This document shows, piece by piece, positions 9,827-20,191 of a DNA stretch of 64,000 nt; the first letter of the stretch is position 1, and every line of letters starts with the position of its first letter. The notes beneath the pieces were generated by a model. That model ran no database searches, had not been told where the DNA came from, and saw only the letters and a program-made list of their open reading frames with translations. Source of the DNA: an uncultured delta proteobacterium (lineage in GTDB: Bacteria > Myxococcota_A > UBA9160 > UBA4427); contig CAWGJT010000010.1 of the NCBI GenBank assembly GCA_963822965.1, positions 640,001 through 704,000 on the forward strand, given 5' to 3'. A program made the translations under genes and the position numbers.

Positions 9827-9858
9827 GGGTGCCTCGTGGGCTGCTCGCCGTGGACTGC

Positions 9859-10749
9859 CTACTTCGTCGGGGGCTTCACGCCGTCGTAGAACGGGTACGG
9901 GTTCTTCATGAGCCCGATGGGCTCGAGGTGCTGCTTGAGGTGGCCCTCGAAGGACTTGATCAGGTCCTGCACTCCCCAGCCCCCGTCCTTGTACATGGCG
10001 GTGCCGTACCTGGGCTGCTCGAGAATGGTGACCCGTTCGCCGCCGGTGCCGAAGATCTGGCCGCTGACCCAGTTGGCGGCGTCGCTGCACAGGAAGGCCA
10101 CGAACGCGCCGTTGCGGGTGGGATCGATGAACGGAAGCTCGACGTCCTTGCCGTCGGGTCCCTTGTAGGTGGCCGACATGCGGGTGGTGCCGCTCGGGCT
10201 GATGGCGTTCACGCGGATGCCGTAGCGGGCGAGTTCGAGCGCCCAGGTGTAGGTCATCGACGCGATGGCGCCCTTCGAGCCGGCGTAGTTCGTCTGTCCG
10301 AAGTTGCCGAAGTGCGCGGCGCTCACGGTGTTCACGATGGAGCCGCCGCTGTTCTGCTCCTTCATGCGCAGGGCGCCCTCCTGGCTGCACAGGAAGGTGC
10401 CTCGCATGTGGACCGCGACGACCGAGTCGAACTCCTCGTCGCTCATCTTGAGGAAGGAGCGGTCGCGGACGTTGCCGGCGTTGTTGACCACCGCGTGGAT
10501 GCCGCCGAAGGCGTCGACGCACTGGCCGACGAGCGCCCGGGCGCCTTCGCGCACGCTGATGTCGTCGGTGTTGACGAGGGCCTTGCCGCCCTGGGCCGAG
10601 ATCTCGTCGACGACCTTCTGGGCTTCGTTTCCGTCGATGTCGTTGACGACCACCGACGCGCCGTTCTCCGCCAGGTGCAGGCAGTGGCCGCGTCCGATAC
10701 CGCGCGCACCGCCCGTCACCACCGCGGCCTTGCCGTCGAGGATTCCCAT
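9859..10749 (-). CDS. Short-chain dehydrogenase/reductase (3-hydroxyacyl-CoA dehydrogenase-like)
   Basis: TGGARGIG, NNAG, GNFGQTNYAGSK (YxxxK). Confidence 0.92.
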   Translation of the reverse strand: MGILDGKAAVVTGGARGIGRGHCLHLAENGASVVVNDIDGNEAQKVVDEISAQGGKALVNTDDISVREGARALVGQCVDAFGGIHAVVNNAGNVRDRSFLKMSDEEFDSVVAVHMRGTFLCSQEGALRMKEQNSGGSIVNTVSAAHFGNFGQTNYAGSKGAIASMTYTWALELARYGIRVNAISPSGTTRMSATYKGPDGKDVELPFIDPTRNGAFVAFLCSDAANWVSGQIFGTGGERVTILEQPRYGTAMYKDGGWGVQDLIKSFEGHLKQHLEPIGLMKNPYPFYDGVKPPTK

Positions 10750-10768
10750 GTAGCGACTCCTGTCGAAT

Positions 10769-10807
10769 TACGAGACGTAGCGTATAGGAATATCCCGGGG
10801 GAGTCAA
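10769..10807 (-). promoter_or_regulatory. Sigma70-type promoter with an overlapping imperfect palindrome (candidate operator)
   Basis: Minus strand TTGACT (10807-10802), 17-bp spacer, TACGCT (10784-10779); palindrome TACGnnACGTnnCGTA at 10769-10784. Confidence 0.65.
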
Positions 10808-10884
10808 AGCGTTCCCGGCCGACCGGTTCCGCCGTTTCGTTCCGGATTCCGGGGGCTTGGCGAGGTGGTGTGGCCGAGGCGGGC

Positions 10885-11874
10885 CTACAGCGATGCGTGG
10901 GTCGCGCGCTCGACGCAGTCGGCCACGGTCTCGGCGTGATCCTCGCCGTTGCCGAAGAGCGACTCGAGCAGCCAGGCCCGCTTCAGGTAGTAGTGGGCCG
11001 GCACCTCCCAGGTGTATCCCATGCCGCCGTGCACCTGGATGCAGGCGCGCGCGTTCTTGAGCGCGGCCTCGCCGGCCGTGAGCTTGGCGACCGAGACGGC
11101 GCGGGGCACGTCGCCGACCGCCGGGTCGTCGAGGGTCGCGCCTGCCGCGTAGGCGGCCGCCCGCGCCACCTCCTGGCGCACGAACATGTCCGCGAGGATG
11201 TGCTTCACGGCCTGGAAGGCGCCGATCGGCTGGCCGAACTGCTCGCGTCCCTTCGCGTAGGCGTTGGCGAGCTCGAGGGTGGCTTCGGCGATGCCGAGCT
11301 GCTGGCCCGCCACGAGCGCGGCACCTTCGAGCCGCAGGCGCGCGGCGTCCGACGGCCCGCCCACCTGCTCGCCGTCGGGCAGCGAGCGCACCTCGTGCAC
11401 CGGCGTCAGGGGGTCGAGGGGCGTCTTCACCGGACGACCCTCGACCCGGCGCGCGTCGATCACGAAGAGGCCCTCCGGTTGCACCGCCAGCAGCCGGTCG
11501 ATGCCTTCGAGCTGCTCCACCAGGATCGGCCCGCCGCCCCCGAGCTCGACTCCGCCGACGATGCACTCCCCCGACCCGGCGCCGGGAACCAGGCTCGCCG
11601 CCAGGTGGCTCCACACGGCGGGTCCGGGCACCAGGCGCCGCCCCAGCTCGCAGAAGACGAGCACGGCGTCGGCGGTTCCGAGCCCCACGCCGCCGTCCGC
11701 TTCGGGCAGCCGCAGGGCGAACACGCCCATCTCGGCGAGATCGCTCCACAGGGAGCGGTCGATGCCGCCGGCCTTCTCGAGCTCGGGCAGCTTCTCGGCG
11801 GGCACGCGGCCCTCGCAGAAGCTGCGCAGGCCCTCGCGCAGGGCCTTCTGGTCTTCGCTGAGCTGGAAGTCCAC
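10885..11874 (-). CDS. Acyl-CoA dehydrogenase, short partner subunit (heterotetrameric FadE type)
   Basis: GTG start VDFQLSEDQ; REQFGQPIGAFQAVKH, QVHGGMGYTWE. Confidence 0.88.
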   Translation of the reverse strand: MDFQLSEDQKALREGLRSFCEGRVPAEKLPELEKAGGIDRSLWSDLAEMGVFALRLPEADGGVGLGTADAVLVFCELGRRLVPGPAVWSHLAASLVPGAGSGECIVGGVELGGGGPILVEQLEGIDRLLAVQPEGLFVIDARRVEGRPVKTPLDPLTPVHEVRSLPDGEQVGGPSDAARLRLEGAALVAGQQLGIAEATLELANAYAKGREQFGQPIGAFQAVKHILADMFVRQEVARAAAYAAGATLDDPAVGDVPRAVSVAKLTAGEAALKNARACIQVHGGMGYTWEVPAHYYLKRAWLLESLFGNGEDHAETVADCVERATHASL

Positions 11875-11888
11875 GGGAGGGTCCCCTT

Positions 11889-13085
11889 CTATCGCGGCCG
11901 CGGATCGCGGGGCAGGCCGAGGATCCGCTCGGAGATGATGTTGCGCTGGATCTGCGAGGTGCCGGCGGCGATCGTGAGGGAGAGCGACTGCAGTACCCGT
12001 CCCAGGATCTCGCCCGACGGCAGCGAGGCCACGTCCTCGCGGGCGAGTCCCGCGCGCCCGAGCAGGCGCATCGAGAGCTCGCAGATCCGCTGGTAGAGCT
12101 CGGTGTAGAAGAGCTTGATCGCCGAGCCGCCGAGACCCGGCACCCCCGTTTCGGCGGACTCGCACACCGACAGCTTGACCATCGCCCAGAGGGCGTCGAG
12201 CTCCGCCGAGAGGTGCCCGATCTCGCGGCGCAGGGCGGCGTCCTCCCAGGCGCTGGCGTCGTGGCGCGTGACCCGCTTGGCGACGTCGACGAGCGTGGCC
12301 ACGAAGCGCTGCAGGGAGATCATGTCGCTCGCGAAGGCGGTGCCGCGCTCGAAGCGCAGGGTGACGTTGGTCACCCGCCAGCCGTCGTTCTCGAGGCCCA
12401 CCCGGTTCGCCACGGGGATGCGGACGTTCTCGAGGAATACCTCGCTGAACTCCCCCTCGCCGGCGAGGGTCGGCAGCGGGCGGATCTCGATGCCCGCCGC
12501 GTCCATGGGCATGATCAGCCACGTGATGCCGCGATGCTTGGGGGCGTCGGGATCGGTTCGCACGAGCAGCTCGCAGTAGTCGGCGGCCTGGGCGAAGGAG
12601 CACCAGATCTTGTGGCCGTTCACCACGTAGTCGTCGCCGTCGCGCACGGCCCGGGTGGACAATGCCGCCAGGTCCGAGCCGGCGCCGGGCTCGGAGAATC
12701 CCTGGCACCACACCTGGGAGCCGTCCAGGATGTGCGGCACGTGGCGCGCCTTCTGCTCGGGGGTGCCCTCCGCGATCACCGTGGGGCCGCCGTGCAGCAG
12801 CCCCACGAAGTTGACACCCACGTAGGGGGCCTGGGCTCGGGCGGTCTCTTCGTAGTAGACGAGCTGCTCGGTGAGCGACGCGTCCCGTCCGCCGTACTCC
12901 TTCGGCCAGTTGATGCCCGCATAGCCCGCGTCGAAGAGCTTCTTCTGCCAGCCTGTGTCGTAGGCGCGTCGGGCCGGCCAGTCGTGGATCGGCGGCGGGC
13001 TGCCGTGGGCGGGCACGGCGTCGTTCAGCCAGGCGCGGAGCTCCGCGCGAAACTTCTCGTCGGATTCGGAGTAGCGCAGGTCCAC
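11889..13085 (-). CDS. Acyl-CoA dehydrogenase, catalytic subunit (heterotetrameric FadE type)
   Basis: WCQGFSEPGAGSDLA, NGHKIW, TLRFERG, TIAAGTSQIQRNII. Confidence 0.92.
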   Translation of the reverse strand: MDLRYSESDEKFRAELRAWLNDAVPAHGSPPPIHDWPARRAYDTGWQKKLFDAGYAGINWPKEYGGRDASLTEQLVYYEETARAQAPYVGVNFVGLLHGGPTVIAEGTPEQKARHVPHILDGSQVWCQGFSEPGAGSDLAALSTRAVRDGDDYVVNGHKIWCSFAQAADYCELLVRTDPDAPKHRGITWLIMPMDAAGIEIRPLPTLAGEGEFSEVFLENVRIPVANRVGLENDGWRVTNVTLRFERGTAFASDMISLQRFVATLVDVAKRVTRHDASAWEDAALRREIGHLSAELDALWAMVKLSVCESAETGVPGLGGSAIKLFYTELYQRICELSMRLLGRAGLAREDVASLPSGEILGRVLQSLSLTIAAGTSQIQRNIISERILGLPRDPRPR

Positions 13086-13185
13086 GCAGGGCTCCCGGTC
13101 GAGGTGGGCTCGCGCCCGGGGCTGGCCCGGCGGCAGAGCCGCTGCATGATACGGAGCCCCTCTCGGGTCGCCAAGTGAGGCGCGT

Positions 13186-14025
13186 TCAGCGGTCCACGTA
13201 CTTCGCGTAGTCGTCGAGCACGGGCAGCACGCGATCACGCGGCGCGGACGGTAGCCGCAGCACGGTCTCGGTCACGCCCAGCTCCTGGTAGTAGGCGAGC
13301 TTTCCGGCGTCGGGGAACACGCCCATGGGAACCACGTGCAGGTCCTCGAAGCGCCGTCCGCGCGCCTCGACCGCCCGGCGCAGCTCCTCGAGGGCGCTCT
13401 TGATGCCCCCGCCGCCGATGGGCAGCCAGCCGTCGGCGTACTCCGCGATGTGGGCGAAGAGCTTGGGGCCCGCGGCGCCCCCGATCAGCACCCGGGGTCG
13501 GGGCTGCTGGACGGGCTTCGGCCACATCCAGCAGCGCTCGAAGTCGACGAAGGTGCCGTGGAACTCCGCCTCCTCCCGTGACCACAGCTCCTGCATGGCG
13601 AGCATCTTCTCCCGCACCAGCTCGCGCCGCCGGGGGAAGTCGATGCCGTGGTTCTCCATCTCCTCACGGTTCCAGCCGAAGCCGATGCCGAGCACGAGTC
13701 GTCCCTGGGACAGCAGGTCGAGGGTGGCGAGCTCCTTGGCGAACGTGATGGTGTCGTGCTGGGCGACGAGACCGATGCCGGTGCCGAGGCGGATGCGCGA
13801 GGTGACGGCCGCCGCCGCGGCCAGGGCCACGTAGGGATCCAGGGAGCGCAGGTACTCTTCGGCCAGCACCGCGTCGCCCGTGGGCGCGGGCGTGCGCCGG
13901 CTGGTGGGGATGTGGGTGTGCTCGGGGACGTAGAGCGAGTAGAAGCCCCGGGCCTCGGCCTCCCGGGCGAGCTCGACGGGCGACATGGCCTTGTCCGTGG
14001 CGTGGATCGTGACGCCGATCTTCAT
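13186..14025 (-). CDS. LLM-class oxidoreductase, probably F420-dependent (Rv2161c-like)
   Basis: [47 protein letters not shown]. Confidence 0.88.
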   Translation of the reverse strand: MKIGVTIHATDKAMSPVELAREAEARGFYSLYVPEHTHIPTSRRTPAPTGDAVLAEEYLRSLDPYVALAAAAAVTSRIRLGTGIGLVAQHDTITFAKELATLDLLSQGRLVLGIGFGWNREEMENHGIDFPRRRELVREKMLAMQELWSREEAEFHGTFVDFERCWMWPKPVQQPRPRVLIGGAAGPKLFAHIAEYADGWLPIGGGGIKSALEELRRAVEARGRRFEDLHVVPMGVFPDAGKLAYYQELGVTETVLRLPSAPRDRVLPVLDDYAKYVDR

Positions 14026-14076
14026 GCCGCCGGTTGTATCACGTCGCGGCTTCGGCCGCCCCGCACGCACGGGGAG

Positions 14077-14553
14077 TCACGGGCCCCGCAGCCGGGCGGC
14101 GGTGCGTTCGGCCCAGCCGCCCGGAACCCGCGCGTCCACCGTCACCCGGCGGGCGGCGAAGAGCCAGCAGCCCTCCCGCCGGACGTAGCGGTCGACGTAG
14201 CGGCCCCAGTGATCGAGGCCCTGCTCGGTGAGCACCGCGTAGTAGCAGCGGCCCGTGGCCTCGTCGGGCGAGAGCAGGTCGATCTGGTGGGTGGCGGTGA
14301 AGTGTCGCAAGAGCCTGGGTGGGGCGGCGTCGGGACCGGCTCCCCCCGTCTCGGGATCCCGCCCGGCCGCCCCGGTGAAGAGCGCCCGGATCTCCTCCCG
14401 CCCGCGCCAGCTGCGCCCGGGGACGATCTCGACGACGGCGTCGTCGCAGAAGAGCGCCAGGGTCTCCTGGAAGCGCCCCGAATCGCCGCTCGCGTTGTAG
14501 CGCGCCACCAGGTCGCGAATGCACTCGCGCGCGACGAGCTCAGCGATCTCCAT
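14077..14553 (-). CDS. SnoaL-like/NTF2 family protein
   Basis: [29 protein letters not shown]. Confidence 0.85.
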   Translation of the reverse strand: MEIAELVARECIRDLVARYNASGDSGRFQETLALFCDDAVVEIVPGRSWRGREEIRALFTGAAGRDPETGGAGPDAAPPRLLRHFTATHQIDLLSPDEATGRCYYAVLTEQGLDHWGRYVDRYVRREGCWLFAARRVTVDARVPGGWAERTAARLRGP

Positions 14554-14680
14554 GTCCGCTCCCGTCCGTGCCGTTCGTCCGCCGTGAAGGCGATTCTACC
14601 CCTGTGCTTGCTATCGTGGAGCGCCGCCGCGGACGAATGCCGCAGCCGATGGAACCGCAGCCCCTCGGAGTCCCCCACTC

Positions 14681-17600
14681 TTGTCCCAGAGCCCGCAGAC
14701 CCCGCCCCAGCGTCCCGCCGCCGGCGAGATCGATCGCGACTACGCGCTGGACGACCGCTATCGGCTGACGAGCGGACGGGTCTTCCTGACGGGCGTCCAG
14801 GCCCTGGTTCGCCTGCCGTTGATGCAGCGCCAGCGCGACCGGGCCGACGGCCTCGATACCGCGGGCTTCATCTCCGGCTATCGGGGCTCGCCGCTCGGCA
14901 CCTACGACATGGCGCTGTGGCAGGCGCGCTCGTTCCTCGAGGAGAACCACGTCCGTTTCGAGCCGGGGGTGAACGAGGACCTGGCGGCCACGGCGGTCTG
15001 GGGCTCCCAGCAGTCGAACCTGCTGCCCGGCGCCCGCTACGACGGGGTCTTCGGCATCTGGTACGGCAAGGGTCCGGGCGTCGACCGCTCGGGGGACGCC
15101 CTCAAGCACGGCAACTTCCACGGCACCGCCCCGAACGGCGGCGTGCTGGCGCTGTGCGGCGACGATCCCGGCGCCAAGTCCTCGTCCCTCGCGCACCAGA
15201 GCGAGCAGGCCCTGATCTCGTTCGGCATGCCGATCCTGAATCCGTCGAACGTCCAGGACTACCTCGACTTCGGCCTCTACGGCTGGGCGCTCTCGCGCTA
15301 CTCGGGCTGCTGGGTGGGCTTCAAGTGCGTGACGGACACGGTCGAGAGCTCGGCCTCGGTGTCGGTGGATCCGGAGCGCGTGCGCGTGCGGCTCCCCGAC
15401 GACTTCGAGATGCCGCCGGGCGGCGTGCACATCCGCTACGGCACGATGCCGACGGCGCTCGAGGAGCGGCTCTTCCTCTACAAGCTGCCGGCCGCCCAGG
15501 CCTTCGCGCGGGCGAACGGCATCGACCGGGTGGTCCTGGACGCCCCGCGTCGGCGGCTGGGCATCGTCACCACCGGCAAGGCTTACGGCGACGTACGCCA
15601 GGCGCTCGACGAGCTCGGCGTCGACGAGGCTCGCGCCCGGGCCATGGGTCTGTGCCTGTACAAGGTGGGCATGAGCTGGCCCCTCGAGCCCGAGGGCGCA
15701 CGCCGCTTCGCAGACGGTCTCGAGGAGATCCTGGTCGTCGAGGAGAAGCGCGGGGTCGTGGAGGAGCAGCTGGCGGGCCTGCTCTACAACCTCGAGCGGC
15801 GTCCGCGCCTGCTGGGCAAGCGGGACGAGCAGGGCGCCCGCCTGCTGCCCGAAGTGGGAGAGCTCTCGCCGGACACCGTGGTCGGGGTGCTCGGCGCCTG
15901 GCTCGCGCGGCGGGTCGAGGGCTTCGAAGTGCCCGCCTGTCCCGGCGAGGTGGTGACCGTACAGGCGGCGGGCGGCGGCCTCACGCGCCTCCCCAGCTTC
16001 TGCTCCGGCTGTCCCCACAACACGTCCACGGTGGTGCCCGAGGGCAGCGTCGCCATGGGCGGGATCGGCTGTCACGGCATGGCGGTGTGGCTGCCCGAAC
16101 GTCGAACCCTGGCGGTGGGGCAGATGGGCGGCGAGGGCGCCGCTTGGATCGGACAGGCCCCCTTCACCGAGACGCCCCACATCTTCCAGAACCTGGGGGA
16201 CGGCACCTACTTCCACTCGGGTCTCCTCGCCATCCGCGCCGCCGTCGCCGCGAAGGTCAACATCACCTACAAGATCCTCGTCAACGGCGCGGTCGCCATG
16301 ACCGGAGGCCAACCCATCGAGGGCGAGCCGATGGCGGGCGAGATCACGACGCCCGAGATCGCCCACCAGCTCGACGCCGAGGGCGTTCGCAGCATCGTGG
16401 TTCTGAGCGACGACGTGGAGAAGTACCCGCCCGGCGCGTTCCCGGCCGGCGTCGAGGTGCACCACCGGGACGACCTGGCCCGGGTCCAGCGCCAGATCCG
16501 GGGCATCAAGGGCGTCACGGCCATCGTCTACGACCAGACCTGCGCCGCCGAGGCGCGGCGGCTGCGCAAGCGCGGCGAGTGGCCCGACCCGGACCAGCGC
16601 ATCGTGATCAACGAAGCCGTGTGCGAGGGCTGCGGCGACTGCAGTGTGCAGTCGAACTGCATCTCGATCGAGCCCGTCGAGACCGAGCTCGGCCGCAAGC
16701 GCAAGATCAACCAGAGCTCGTGCAACAAGGACTACTCGTGCCTGAAGGGCTACTGCCCGAGCTTCGTCTCGGTGACGGGCGGAAGGCTCCGCAAGACCTC
16801 CGGCGAAGGCGCCGACACGGGCGACACCGCGTCGTTCGCGAGCCTGCCCGACCCGGGACCGGCGGACGCGCGCCGGCCCTTCAACATCTACGTGGCGGGC
16901 ATCGGCGGCACCGGGGTCGTGACCGTGGGCGCCCTGCTCGGCATGGCGGCGCACCTGGAGGGCAAGGGCTGCCTGCTGCTGGACGTGACGGGTCTGGCCC
17001 AGAAGAACGGCCCGGTCGCCAGCCATGTGCGGATCGCGGCGGCTCCCGAGGACCTGCACGCCAGCCGCATCTCGAAGGGCGCGGCGGACCTGCTGCTCGG
17101 CTGCGACATCGTCGTGTCGGCGGGTCCCGAGGGCGTGTCGAAGCTGTCGCCGGAGCGGACCGTCGCCGTGGTGAACTCCCACGTGGCGCCCACCGCCGAC
17201 TTCGCCAACCGGCCCGACCTGGACCTCTCCTCGCGCGGGATGGAGGAGACGATCGCCGGCGCGAGCGGCGGCCACAGCCACGTCATCGCCGCCACCGAGC
17301 TCGCCCGGGCGCTTCTTGGAGACGCCATCGCCGCGAACCTCTTCCTGCTCGGCTACGCGTACCAGATCGGTCGGCTGCCCGTGAGCCTCGCGGCCCTCGA
17401 GCGTGCCATCGAGCTGAACGGTCGCCAGGTGGAGATGAACAAGCGGGCGGTGGCGTGGGGGCGGCTCGCGGCCCACGATCTCGCCGCGGTGGAGAAGGCG
17501 GCGCGCCCCGGGCTGCGCGGTGCGTTGGAGCCGGCTCCCGCGCGCACACTCCCGGAGCTGGTGGAGCACCGGTCGCGGCTCCTGACCGACTACCAATCGC

Positions 17601-18193
17601 GCGCGTACGCGGCCCGCTACCGGGCCCTGGTGGATCGCGTGGCCCGGGCCGAATCCGTCTGCGTCCCGGGCAGCACCCGGCTGGCGGAGGCGGTGGCGAG
17701 ATACGCCGCGAAGCTGATGGCCTACAAGGACGAGTACGAGGTGGCTCGCCTCTACACGAACGGCGAGTTCCGGCGCCAGCTCGAGGCGGAGTTCGAGGGG
17801 GACTACGAGATCCACCTGCACCTGGCGCCCCAGATGCTGTTCCCGAAGGACCCCGACACCGGCCGCGCCCTGAAGGTGAAGGCGGGCTCCTGGGTGCTGA
17901 CGGCCTTCGCGTGGCTCGCGCGCTTCAAGTTCCTGCGCGGCACTCCCTTCGATCCGTTCGGGCGGGCGGCCCACCGCAAGCTCGAGCGGCAGCTCGTCGC
18001 CGACTACGAGCGCACCGTGGGGGAGCTGCTGGACGGGCTCTGCCCGGACAACATCGACGTGGCCGTCGAGATCGCGAGCCTGCCCGAGGGCATCCGCGGC
18101 TTCTTCGACGTGAAGGAGAAGCACCTCGAGGACGTGCTCGAGAAGCAGGCCGAGCTGTTGGAGGCATTCCGGCTGCGGGGCTCGAGTCGCTGA
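14681..18193 (+). CDS. Indolepyruvate:ferredoxin oxidoreductase family protein (fused alpha-beta)
   Basis: [32 protein letters not shown] motif [36 protein letters not shown]. Confidence 0.95.
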   Translation: MSQSPQTPPQRPAAGEIDRDYALDDRYRLTSGRVFLTGVQALVRLPLMQRQRDRADGLDTAGFISGYRGSPLGTYDMALWQARSFLEENHVRFEPGVNEDLAATAVWGSQQSNLLPGARYDGVFGIWYGKGPGVDRSGDALKHGNFHGTAPNGGVLALCGDDPGAKSSSLAHQSEQALISFGMPILNPSNVQDYLDFGLYGWALSRYSGCWVGFKCVTDTVESSASVSVDPERVRVRLPDDFEMPPGGVHIRYGTMPTALEERLFLYKLPAAQAFARANGIDRVVLDAPRRRLGIVTTGKAYGDVRQALDELGVDEARARAMGLCLYKVGMSWPLEPEGARRFADGLEEILVVEEKRGVVEEQLAGLLYNLERRPRLLGKRDEQGARLLPEVGELSPDTVVGVLGAWLARRVEGFEVPACPGEVVTVQAAGGGLTRLPSFCSGCPHNTSTVVPEGSVAMGGIGCHGMAVWLPERRTLAVGQMGGEGAAWIGQAPFTETPHIFQNLGDGTYFHSGLLAIRAAVAAKVNITYKILVNGAVAMTGGQPIEGEPMAGEITTPEIAHQLDAEGVRSIVVLSDDVEKYPPGAFPAGVEVHHRDDLARVQRQIRGIKGVTAIVYDQTCAAEARRLRKRGEWPDPDQRIVINEAVCEGCGDCSVQSNCISIEPVETELGRKRKINQSSCNKDYSCLKGYCPSFVSVTGGRLRKTSGEGADTGDTASFASLPDPGPADARRPFNIYVAGIGGTGVVTVGALLGMAAHLEGKGCLLLDVTGLAQKNGPVASHVRIAAAPEDLHASRISKGAADLLLGCDIVVSAGPEGVSKLSPERTVAVVNSHVAPTADFANRPDLDLSSRGMEETIAGASGGHSHVIAATELARALLGDAIAANLFLLGYAYQIGRLPVSLAALERAIELNGRQVEMNKRAVAWGRLAAHDLAAVEKAARPGLRGALEPAPARTLPELVEHRSRLLTDYQSRAYAARYRALVDRVARAESVCVPGSTRLAEAVARYAAKLMAYKDEYEVARLYTNGEFRRQLEAEFEGDYEIHLHLAPQMLFPKDPDTGRALKVKAGSWVLTAFAWLARFKFLRGTPFDPFGRAAHRKLERQLVADYERTVGELLDGLCPDNIDVAVEIASLPEGIRGFFDVKEKHLEDVLEKQAELLEAFRLRGSSR

Positions 18194-18240
18194 GCCGCCG
18201 GGTCCCTCCGTCGGCTGCGCGCGGTGAAGGAGGACGACCG

Positions 18241-19653
18241 ATGGGCTTTCGCAGCGAGCGCGACAGCATGGGCGAGGTGCGGGTCGCCGACGACCGCTAC
18301 TGGGGGGCCCAGACCCAGCGGGCGGTGGAGAGCTTCCGGATCGGCACTGCGCGCTTTCCGCGGGTGTTCCTGCGTGCCTACGGGCTGGTCAAGCAGGCCG
18401 CGGCAGAGGTGAACGGGGCGCTCGGCGAGCTCGCTCCCGACCTGGCCGCCCTCATCGTCGAGGCTTCCCAGGAGGTGATCGACGGTCGTCTCGACGACCA
18501 CTTCCCGCTGGGCCCCTGGCAGACGGGCTCCGGCACCCAGACCCACATGAACGTGAACGAGGTCATCGCCAACCGCGCGAACGAGCGGGCTGGATCGCCC
18601 CTGGGATCGCGCAGCCCCGTGCACCCCAACGACCACGTGAACCGGGGCCAGTCGACCAACGACACGTTCCCCACGGCGATGCACGTGAGCGCGGCGCTCG
18701 CACTGGAGGAGCAGCTCCGCCCGGCGCTCGCGGGCCTGCTGTCCACCCTGGACACCAAGGCCGGGGTCTATCGGGACGTGCTCAAGATCGGCCGTACGCA
18801 CCTGCAGGATGCGGTGCCGCTGAGCCTGGGCCAGGAGATCGGCGGCTGGGCGGCCCAGGTGCGGCACGCGCTGGCGGCGATCGACGCCGGCGGGCCGCGC
18901 CTGCTCGAGCTGGCGGCGGGCGGGACCGCCGTCGGCACCGGTCTCAACAGCCATCCGGACTTCGCTCGGGAGATCGCCGCGGCGCTGGCCCGCAAGACCG
19001 GGCTTGCCTTCGTGAGCGCCCCGGACAAGTTCGCGGCGCTGGCCGGGCACGAAGCCCTGTGCGAGCTGTCGGGCGCCCTGGGGGTGCTGGCGGCTTCGCT
19101 CGTCAAGATCGCCAACGACGTGCGCTGGCTCGCCTCGGGCCCGCGGGCCGGGCTGGGAGAGCTGCGCATCCCGGAGAACGAGCCCGGCTCGTCGATCATG
19201 CCCGGCAAGGTGAACCCGACCCAGGCCGAGGCCCTGGTGATGGTGGGGCTGCGCGTGATGGGCAACCACACGACGGTGAACGTGGCGGCGAGCCAGGGCA
19301 ACTTCGAGCTGAACGTCTGCAAGCCCGTGATCGCCTGGTGTGTGCTGGAGTCGATCCAGCTGCTGGCCGACGCCATCCGCAGCTTCGATGAGCACTGCCT
19401 CCGCGGCCTCGAGCCGATCCCCGAGGCCCTGGCCGACCACCTCTCGCGCTCGCTCATGCTGGTGACCGCGCTCACCCCCCACATCGGCTACGACGCAGCG
19501 GCGGCCATCGCGAAGCGCGCCCACACCGAGGGCCTCACCCTGCGCGAGGCGGCGCTGGCCTCGGGGCTCGTGAACGAGCAGGACTACGACGCCTGGGTGC
19601 GGCCCGAGACCATGCTCGCGCCCCACGCGAGAGTTGCGCCCAGATCCGCATGA
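18241..19653 (+). CDS. fumC: Class II fumarate hydratase
   Basis: [37 protein letters not shown], signature [20 protein letters not shown]. Confidence 0.95.
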   Translation: MGFRSERDSMGEVRVADDRYWGAQTQRAVESFRIGTARFPRVFLRAYGLVKQAAAEVNGALGELAPDLAALIVEASQEVIDGRLDDHFPLGPWQTGSGTQTHMNVNEVIANRANERAGSPLGSRSPVHPNDHVNRGQSTNDTFPTAMHVSAALALEEQLRPALAGLLSTLDTKAGVYRDVLKIGRTHLQDAVPLSLGQEIGGWAAQVRHALAAIDAGGPRLLELAAGGTAVGTGLNSHPDFAREIAAALARKTGLAFVSAPDKFAALAGHEALCELSGALGVLAASLVKIANDVRWLASGPRAGLGELRIPENEPGSSIMPGKVNPTQAEALVMVGLRVMGNHTTVNVAASQGNFELNVCKPVIAWCVLESIQLLADAIRSFDEHCLRGLEPIPEALADHLSRSLMLVTALTPHIGYDAAAAIAKRAHTEGLTLREAALASGLVNEQDYDAWVRPETMLAPHARVAPRSA

Positions 19654-19765
19654 CGGATCCGGGCTAGCCGGCCCCGCGGCCAGGGCTCAGGGAATTCCGA
19701 GAAAGACGGCGCAACTCTCCGGAATGACTGGGCTGCTGGCCGGTCCTTGCGGGCGCGAGGGCCGC

Positions 19766-20134
19766 TCAGGCGTCCGATCCGGGCAGGATCCCCCGCTCCC
19801 GCGCCACCCACACGCACATCGCGCCCATCACGAGCGCCGGCAGGGCGTGCGCGAGGGGGTCGTGGGTCACGTGGAAGAAGACGGCGCCGAGCATGATCAC
19901 GAAGAGTCCCGCCGCCGCGAGACCGGCGAGCCGCGGGACGAGCACCCCCACGCCGCCGGCCATCTCGCACCCGCCGATGAAGAGGGCCAGGCCGCCGGGC
20001 AGCCCGAAGGCCTCGAAGCGCTCGGCGGCGACGGCCGGCTCGAAGAAGAGCTTGGTGGCTCCGGAGAGCAGGAAGCCCACCCCGAGCAAACCCGACACGA
20101 TCCACGTCACGACGTTGCGCGTCCCTGCGGTCAT
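19766..20134 (-). CDS. DoxX family membrane protein
   Basis: Four TM segments; SGATKL, F..FGLP, IGGCEMAGG, GAVFFH. Confidence 0.85.
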   Translation of the reverse strand: MTAGTRNVVTWIVSGLLGVGFLLSGATKLFFEPAVAAERFEAFGLPGGLALFIGGCEMAGGVGVLVPRLAGLAAAGLFVIMLGAVFFHVTHDPLAHALPALVMGAMCVWVARERGILPGSDA

Positions 20135-20191
20135 CCCCGTTCCTCCGGATTCGGAGGCCCGCGCCGCGCGGGCTCCGGCCGGAGCAGGGTA

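Noticed and set aside
6254..9889. 1211-aa plus-strand ORF and similar long antisense ORFs (14540-18124, 19584-22664, 26221-29070, 32880-35168)
   Set aside because: Shadow frames opposite well-supported genes, expected from high-GC codon bias; no recognisable motifs
8384..11749. 1121-aa version of the HMGS-DUF35 protein
   Set aside because: The extension overlaps the SDR and ACAD genes out of frame; the family-typical start MIGITSYG is at 9826
13648..18240. 2001-aa ORF apparently fused to fumC
   Set aside because: The upstream part is an Arg/Gly/Pro-rich alternate frame over the LLM, SnoaL and IOR genes; fumC has its own SD and ATG at 18241
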